Position numbers and translations under genes: made by a program
Part shown: positions 26,673-31,622 of the stretch, in pieces
How positions within the stretch are numbered: position 1 is the first letter of the stretch
Layout of the letters: each line of letters opens with the position of its first letter
Notes under the pieces: generated by a model
Databases searched by the model: none
What the model saw: the letters and a program-made list of their open reading frames with translations, nothing else
What the model was told of the DNA's origin: nothing
DNA from: Escherichia phage 9W
Length of the DNA: 31,622 bases
Sequence record: OM475431
Direction: 5' to 3' (one strand)

Positions 26673-28947
26673 AGCCTCCGGGCGTTTTGTCCCTCCGTCA
26701 GCATTTGCCGCAGGCACCGGTAAGGCGTTTACCGGTGCTTATGCATGGAACGCGCCACGCGAGGCCGTCGGGCGCGAAAGACCCCTTACACGTGACGAGA
26801 TGCGTCAGGTGCAAGGTGTTTTATCCACGATTAACCGCCTGCCTTACTTTTTGCGCTCGCTGTTTACTTCACGCTATGACTACATCCGGCGCAATAAAAG
26901 CCCGGTGCACGGGTTTTATTTTCTCACATCCACTTTTCAGCGTCGTTTATGGCCGCGCATTGAGCGTGTGAATCAGCGCCATGAAATGAACACCGACGCG
27001 TCGTTGCTGTTTCTGGCAGAGCGTGACCATTATGCGCGTCTGCCGGGGATGAATGACAAGGAGCTGAAAAAGTTTGCCGCCCGTATCTCATCGCAGCTTT
27101 TCATGATGTATGAGGAACTCTGCGATGCCTGGGTGGATGCGCATGGCGAGAAAGAATCGCTGTTTACGGATGAGGCACAGGCTCACCTGTATGGTCATGT
27201 TGCTGGCGCTGCACGAGCTTTCAATATTTCCCCTCTCTACTGGAAAAAATACCGTAAAGGGCAGATGACCACGAGGCAGGCATATTCTGCCATTGCCCGT
27301 CTGTTTAACGATGAGTGGTGGATTAGTCAGCTTAAAGGCCAGCGTATGCGCTGGCATGAGGCGTTACTGATTGCTGTCGGGGAGGTCAATAAAGACCGTT
27401 CTCCTTATGCCAGTAAACATGCCATTCGTGATGTGCGTGCACGCCGCCAGGCAAATCTGGAATTTCTTAAATCGTGTGATCTCGAAAACAGGGAAACCGG
27501 CGAGCGCATCGACCTTATCAGTAAGGTGATGGGCAGTATTTCTAATCCTGAAATTCGCCGGATGGAGCTGATGAACACCATTGCCGGTATTGAGCGTTAC
27601 GCCGCAGCAGAGGGTGATGTGGGGATGTTTATCACGCTGACCGCGCCGTCAAAGTATCACCCGACACGTCAGGTTGGAAAAGGCGAAAGTAAAACCGTCC
27701 AGCTAAATCACGGCTGGAACGATGAGGCATTTAATCCAAAGGATGCGCAGCGTTATCTCTGCCGTATCTGGAGCCTGATGCGCACGGCATTCAAGGATAA
27801 TGATTTACAGGTCTACGGTTTGCGTGTCGTCGAGCCACACCACGACGGAACGCCGCACTGGCATATGATGCTTTTTTGTAATCCGCGCCAGCGTAACCAG
27901 ATTATCGAAATCATGCGTCGCTATGCGCTCAAAGAGGATGGCGACGAAAGAGGAGCCGCGCGAAACCGTTTTCAGGCAAAACACCTTAATCGGGGCGGTG
28001 CTGCGGGGTATATCGCGAAATACATCTCAAAAAACATCGACGGCTATGCACTGGATGGTCAGCTCGATAATGATACCGGTAGGCCGCTGAAAGACACAGC
28101 TGCTGCTGTTACCGCATGGGCGTCAACGTGGCGCATTCCGCAATTTAAAACGGTTGGTCTGCCGACAATGGGGGCTTACCGTGAACTACGCAAATTGCCT
28201 CGCGGCGTCAGCATTGCTGATGAGTTTGACGAGCGCGTCGAGGCTGCACGCGCCGCCGCAGACAGTGGTGATTTTGCGTTGTATATCAGCGCGCAGGGTG
28301 GGGCAAATGTTCCGCGCGATTGTCAGACTGTCAGAGTCGCCCGTAGCCCGTCGGATGACGTTAACGAGTACGAGGAAGAGGTCGAGAGAGTGGTCGGCAT
28401 TTACGCGCCGCATCTCGGCGCGCGTCATATTCATATCACCAGAACGACGGACTGGCGCATTGTGCCGAAAGTGCCGGTCGTTGAGCCTTTGACGTTAAAA
28501 AGCGGCATCGCCGCGCCTCGGAGTCCTGTCAATAACTGTGGAAAGCTCACCGGTGGTGATACTTCGTCACCGGCTCCCACGCCTTCTGAACACGCCGCAG
28601 CAGTGCTTAATCTGGTTGATGATGGTGTTATCGAATGGAATGACCCGGAGGTCGTGAGGGCGCTCAGGGGTGCATTAAAACACGACCTGAGAACGCCAAA
28701 CCGTCAACAAAGAAACGGAAGCCCGTTAAAACCACATGAAATTGCACCATCGGCCAGACTGACCCGGTCGGAAAGAATGCAAATTACCCGTATCCGCGTT
28801 GACCTTGCTCAGAACGGTATCAGGCCGCAGCGATGGGAGCTTGAGGCGCAGGCGCGTGGCGCGACCGTAAATTATGACGGGAAAAAATTCACGTATCCGG
28901 TCGCTGATGAGTGGCCGGGATTCTCAACAGTAATGGAGTGGAAATGA
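26662..28947 (+). CDS. A: Rolling-circle replication initiator (origin-nicking endonuclease) A
   Basis: Start at ATG 26662 (MAVKASGRFVPPS...) gives 761 aa as in P2 gpA; the track ORF begins at an upstream TTG; HxH-like motif (PHWHMM) and conserved tyrosines. Confidence 0.88.
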   Translation: MAVKASGRFVPPSAFAAGTGKAFTGAYAWNAPREAVGRERPLTRDEMRQVQGVLSTINRLPYFLRSLFTSRYDYIRRNKSPVHGFYFLTSTFQRRLWPRIERVNQRHEMNTDASLLFLAERDHYARLPGMNDKELKKFAARISSQLFMMYEELCDAWVDAHGEKESLFTDEAQAHLYGHVAGAARAFNISPLYWKKYRKGQMTTRQAYSAIARLFNDEWWISQLKGQRMRWHEALLIAVGEVNKDRSPYASKHAIRDVRARRQANLEFLKSCDLENRETGERIDLISKVMGSISNPEIRRMELMNTIAGIERYAAAEGDVGMFITLTAPSKYHPTRQVGKGESKTVQLNHGWNDEAFNPKDAQRYLCRIWSLMRTAFKDNDLQVYGLRVVEPHHDGTPHWHMMLFCNPRQRNQIIEIMRRYALKEDGDERGAARNRFQAKHLNRGGAAGYIAKYISKNIDGYALDGQLDNDTGRPLKDTAAAVTAWASTWRIPQFKTVGLPTMGAYRELRKLPRGVSIADEFDERVEAARAAADSGDFALYISAQGGANVPRDCQTVRVARSPSDDVNEYEEEVERVVGIYAPHLGARHIHITRTTDWRIVPKVPVVEPLTLKSGIAAPRSPVNNCGKLTGGDTSSPAPTPSEHAAAVLNLVDDGVIEWNDPEVVRALRGALKHDLRTPNRQQRNGSPLKPHEIAPSARLTRSERMQITRIRVDLAQNGIRPQRWELEAQARGATVNYDGKKFTYPVADEWPGFSTVMEWK

Positions 28948-29399
28948 TGGCAAAAATTCACGAGGTAAAGCTGCACGCAAAATATTTTGACCTTGTGCTG
29001 GAAGGAAAGAAACGCGCAGAGTTTCGGAAAAATGACCGTAATTATGAGCGCGGGGACACGTTGATTTTGCATGAATGGGGGCAGGGTGTGTTTACGGGGC
29101 GAAAGGTTGAAGCCCGGATAACAGATGTTACTGACCTGTCAGACTGGCTGGAAGACTATGTCTTGCTAAGTATTGAGCTGCTTAATACAGGCGCATATGA
29201 GATTGTGAACTGGAAAGAACTTAGTGAGCGTGGCCTGGTATTCAGAATTAATCATGAAATTATGCATCAGCTCGGCCTTGCTGTTATGTATGAACCAGAG
29301 ACGGGGATGTCTGGCGGGGCAATGGTCGCCACGGATGGAGCATGGAACTATTCAGATGAACAGATGGAGCGTGCACAGCAAAACGGGTGGCTTGGATAA
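28944..29399 (+). CDS. ASCH/PUA-like (DUF3850-type) protein with a C-terminal extension (P2 orf91 position)
   Basis: ATG overlaps the A stop (ATGA). N-terminus KIHEVKLHAKYFDLVLEGKKRAEFRKNDRNYERGDTLILHEW resembles the ASCH/DUF3850 fold. About 151 aa, longer than the 91 aa implied by the P2 orf91 name. Confidence 0.6.
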   Translation: MMAKIHEVKLHAKYFDLVLEGKKRAEFRKNDRNYERGDTLILHEWGQGVFTGRKVEARITDVTDLSDWLEDYVLLSIELLNTGAYEIVNWKELSERGLVFRINHEIMHQLGLAVMYEPETGMSGGAMVATDGAWNYSDEQMERAQQNGWLG

Positions 29400-29605
29400 T
29401 GCACAGAATACCAGGCGAGATACCGCACCATAAAACTAAAAATATCAAGCTGATGGCTATTGTTCAGCGTTTACAGCGGATTATGGTCAACGAAAATCTG
29501 ACGCCCGATGAGCTGGTCGGGTGTGCCGAAATAGTACGGGATAATTACGGGCGGCTTAACTATATCGGTCAGTCCAGAGTTGCGCCACCACCACGCAGAC
29601 GATAG
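29399..29605 (+). CDS. Small hypothetical protein
   Basis: 68-aa ORF whose ATG overlaps the preceding stop (TAATG); an in-frame GTG at 29387 is an alternative start; weak Shine-Dalgarno. Confidence 0.4.
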   Translation: MHRIPGEIPHHKTKNIKLMAIVQRLQRIMVNENLTPDELVGCAEIVRDNYGRLNYIGQSRVAPPPRRR

Positions 29606-29829
29606 AGAACACCGCCAGTCGTGAAACTTGTTTTCAGGGCTGGCGGGGTTGAACAACGAGCGAAGCGAGACGTTAGTTGACAGACATATTTTTACTACGT
29701 TGGTGCTGGTTTTTGACGGTTGAAAGGAGTTAGGTTGGAGAGCTAACAACTTACAAATATTCAAAAGTAAGCATCCTGTTGCTAACATGAGGTTGATTTT
29801 TTATGTGGATGATGCAAAAAGGATAGCTA

Positions 29830-30560
29830 TGGATACTATAATCGCTTTTCTATCACTCGCTTTTTTCGTTGCTTTCTTCATCGGGTTAATCAAGCCATCA
29901 CTGGTGCGAATGCCAAACCGCAAACGTGCAAGTGCGGTTTATCTCGGAGGAGGTTTTGTATTGAGCATAATTGGTTCAATACTCTATCCAACAGAAAAAA
30001 GCCAGCCAGTTGCTAAAACTGAAACATCAACCGTTGCAGAACACAAAGTCCAAAAAACATTCGAATATGGTGAAAAAACACTCAAGGAATATCGGAACGA
30101 GTCAAAGAAAACACGACACGATATTGTGAATAGTTACATTGATTTTAAGGAAGTTCCAGCCACCGCGTCAGATGCGTTTTATGCCTGCATGAGTGAGTAT
30201 ACATTTACCAAAGATGATGAGTTGAAACTCGGTGATGTTCTTGGGTGGTGCTTTAATGATTATGAAAATGACCCGAGTTCACTAAACAATAAAATCAATC
30301 TTGATACATTTCAGAGTAATTTTAGTGGTTGGGATGGTTCTTATCGTCCATTGGAAAAACTAATTAAAGATAATATGAACGATGATTCATCTTATAAACA
30401 TGTGTCAACGGTATATCATCTGGTTTTGAATAAAGACCCGCATGCCATTGTGAAAACCACGTTTCGCGGAACTAATGCTTATGGCGGAGTGGTGAAACAG
30501 ACGATTGCTGCGCGTGTCAATGTAGAAACAGGTGAGGTTGTATCAATTATAAGTGAGTGA
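29830..30560 (+). CDS. Hypothetical two-helix membrane protein (cargo gene 1 at the P2 tin/old position)
   Basis: ATG at 29830 with an AAGGA Shine-Dalgarno (the track ORF starts at 29787, 14 codons upstream, with no Shine-Dalgarno). Two N-terminal hydrophobic helices separated by a basic loop (KPSLVRMPNRKRAS), then a soluble domain of about 180 aa; very AT-rich. Confidence 0.7.
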
Positions 30561-30658
30561 ACTGTGCCAGAATGATAAAGATGCCAGCATTTATGCTGGC
30601 AATCATAAAAATAGTGACTAGCAAAAATTGGTGTCTGGTTTTAATGTGAGATTAGAAA

Positions 30659-31357
30659 ATGAATAGATGTAAATATATTTTAAGAGGTTTGTTGCTGAAG
30701 TTTAAAAGTATAAGTTCTATGCATTTGTTATTTGTTTTAATAACGGCTTGTCTATTCTTTTTTATAGGGTGTTACGTGGGTTATAGTGGTATTGGTTTGA
30801 ATGGTGACACTAAATACCAATTAATTACAATACCTTTTTTGACCATGTTGGGTACTTGGGTTTCTGGGGTGGGAGCATTTTCTGCTGTTGCGACATCATT
30901 GTTGTTGGCACACCGTTCGCTAAAGGAAAATTCAGAAGAAATTGCTATTCGATATAGCATGGTGTTAATGCCATCAATGTACTTACCTAGCACTACAGAT
31001 ACAGCAATATCAATAACCATAACAAACAAAAGAAAAGTAAGGAGTAATATTCAATCGGTTGTTTTGCAATTTTCTAATAATAAAGCAATGAATATATTGG
31101 TAAACCCCGGGACGCTTATCTCTGGCAAGTTACCGCATGTTTTAGAAGACTATGGTGATATATTGACGCTTATAATTCCAGAGAGCATTATCGCATCAGT
31201 AACTGATGAGGGGTTCGTAAAAGAATGTCAGGGGAATACTCTTGGAGAAGGTAGTGTCGTAGTTCACACAACGACAAAAACATTTGTAAAAAAATTAACA
31301 TTACCTCAAATTAAGCCATTTAATGATAAATTTAAGTCTGTATTGACGAAACCGTAA
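30659..31357 (+). CDS. Hypothetical two-helix membrane protein (cargo gene 2 at the P2 tin/old position)
   Basis: 232-aa ORF; two hydrophobic helices in the N-terminal third, then a Ser/Thr-rich soluble domain; about 23% GC in a sampled 60-nt stretch; its 3' end is duplicated at 1-55. Confidence 0.7.
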   Translation: MNRCKYILRGLLLKFKSISSMHLLFVLITACLFFFIGCYVGYSGIGLNGDTKYQLITIPFLTMLGTWVSGVGAFSAVATSLLLAHRSLKENSEEIAIRYSMVLMPSMYLPSTTDTAISITITNKRKVRSNIQSVVLQFSNNKAMNILVNPGTLISGKLPHVLEDYGDILTLIIPESIIASVTDEGFVKECQGNTLGEGSVVVHTTTKTFVKKLTLPQIKPFNDKFKSVLTKP

Positions 31358-31622
31358 GAGGTGCGTTGCGTTGCATTTTTTTGCATCTTCAAGGATTAAT
31401 TTCTGCATCTTTATTTTGCCAGTACTGATGTGCTTTTAATGGACTCATGCAACTGCATTAAAACCGCCCCATGAAGCGGGCGGGCGAGGCGGGGAAAGCA
31501 CTGCGCGCTGGCGGTGGTGCTGATTTTATTTTTTCAGCGTCTGAGCGCGTCGTGACGGCGTTTGGATTGTGCGCCGGGGGCGCTGGTGTGTCTGCGGGGT
31601 GTTTTGTGCGGTGGTGAGCGTG
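31303..31622. repeat. Terminal direct repeat, copy 2 (identical to 1-320); includes the second cos copy at 31483-31501
   Basis: Exact identity with the window start. Confidence 0.95.

Noticed and set aside
29677-29700. Sigma70 promoter for the cargo genes (TTGACA at 29677-29682)
   Set aside because: No acceptable -10 hexamer at 16-18 nt spacing; other candidate hexamers in the leader are weak, so no promoter is called.
29606-31357. A P2 Old-like ATPase-nuclease or other enzymatic defence protein in the cargo
   Set aside because: No ORF of comparable size (P2 Old is about 586 aa) and no Walker A (GxxxxGK[ST]) or obvious nuclease motif is visible in any cargo translation; the cargo proteins are annotated only as membrane proteins of unknown function.
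1-31622. tRNA, rRNA or integrated mobile elements (IS, transposase)
   Set aside because: No transposase-like ORF, no inverted terminal repeats flanking a gene, and no region with tRNA-like conserved features; every ORF over 60 aa is accounted for by phage genes or shadow frames.

Overview
The window is a complete P2-like temperate myovirus genome (Peduovirus family, enterobacterial host) in its non-integrated, cos-ended form. Bases 1-320 are repeated exactly at 31303-31622, so the unique genome is 31302 bp and the window is a circular permutation with a terminal overlap. Gene order is P2-collinear: cos, Q and P (leftward), O-N-M-L head genes, X-Y-K-lysA-lysB/lysC lysis cassette, R-S, V-W-J-I baseplate, H-G tail fibre, FI-FII-E/E'-T-U-D tail genes, ogr, attP, int, C, cox, orf78, B, orf80-83, A. 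Most protein lengths match P2 (for example Ogr 72 aa, Int 337 aa, C 99 aa, T 815 aa). The P2 cos 19-mer and the P2 attP core are both present as I recall them. The parts that differ from the conserved backbone are the two classical P2 cargo loci. At the Z/fun position between G and FI there is one AT-rich antisense gene (251 aa, membrane anchor plus coiled coil). At the tin/old position between A and cos there is no old-like gene; instead there is a longer orf91-like ASCH/PUA-type protein, a small ORF, and two AT-rich genes that each encode a two-helix membrane protein of unknown function. These cargo genes are the best candidates for an undescribed anti-phage or superinfection-exclusion system. 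The tail fibre also has a 132-bp tandem-repeat shaft and a low-GC tip that extends into the N-terminus of G. All product calls rest on reading the translations and on remembered P2 biology; no database search was run.
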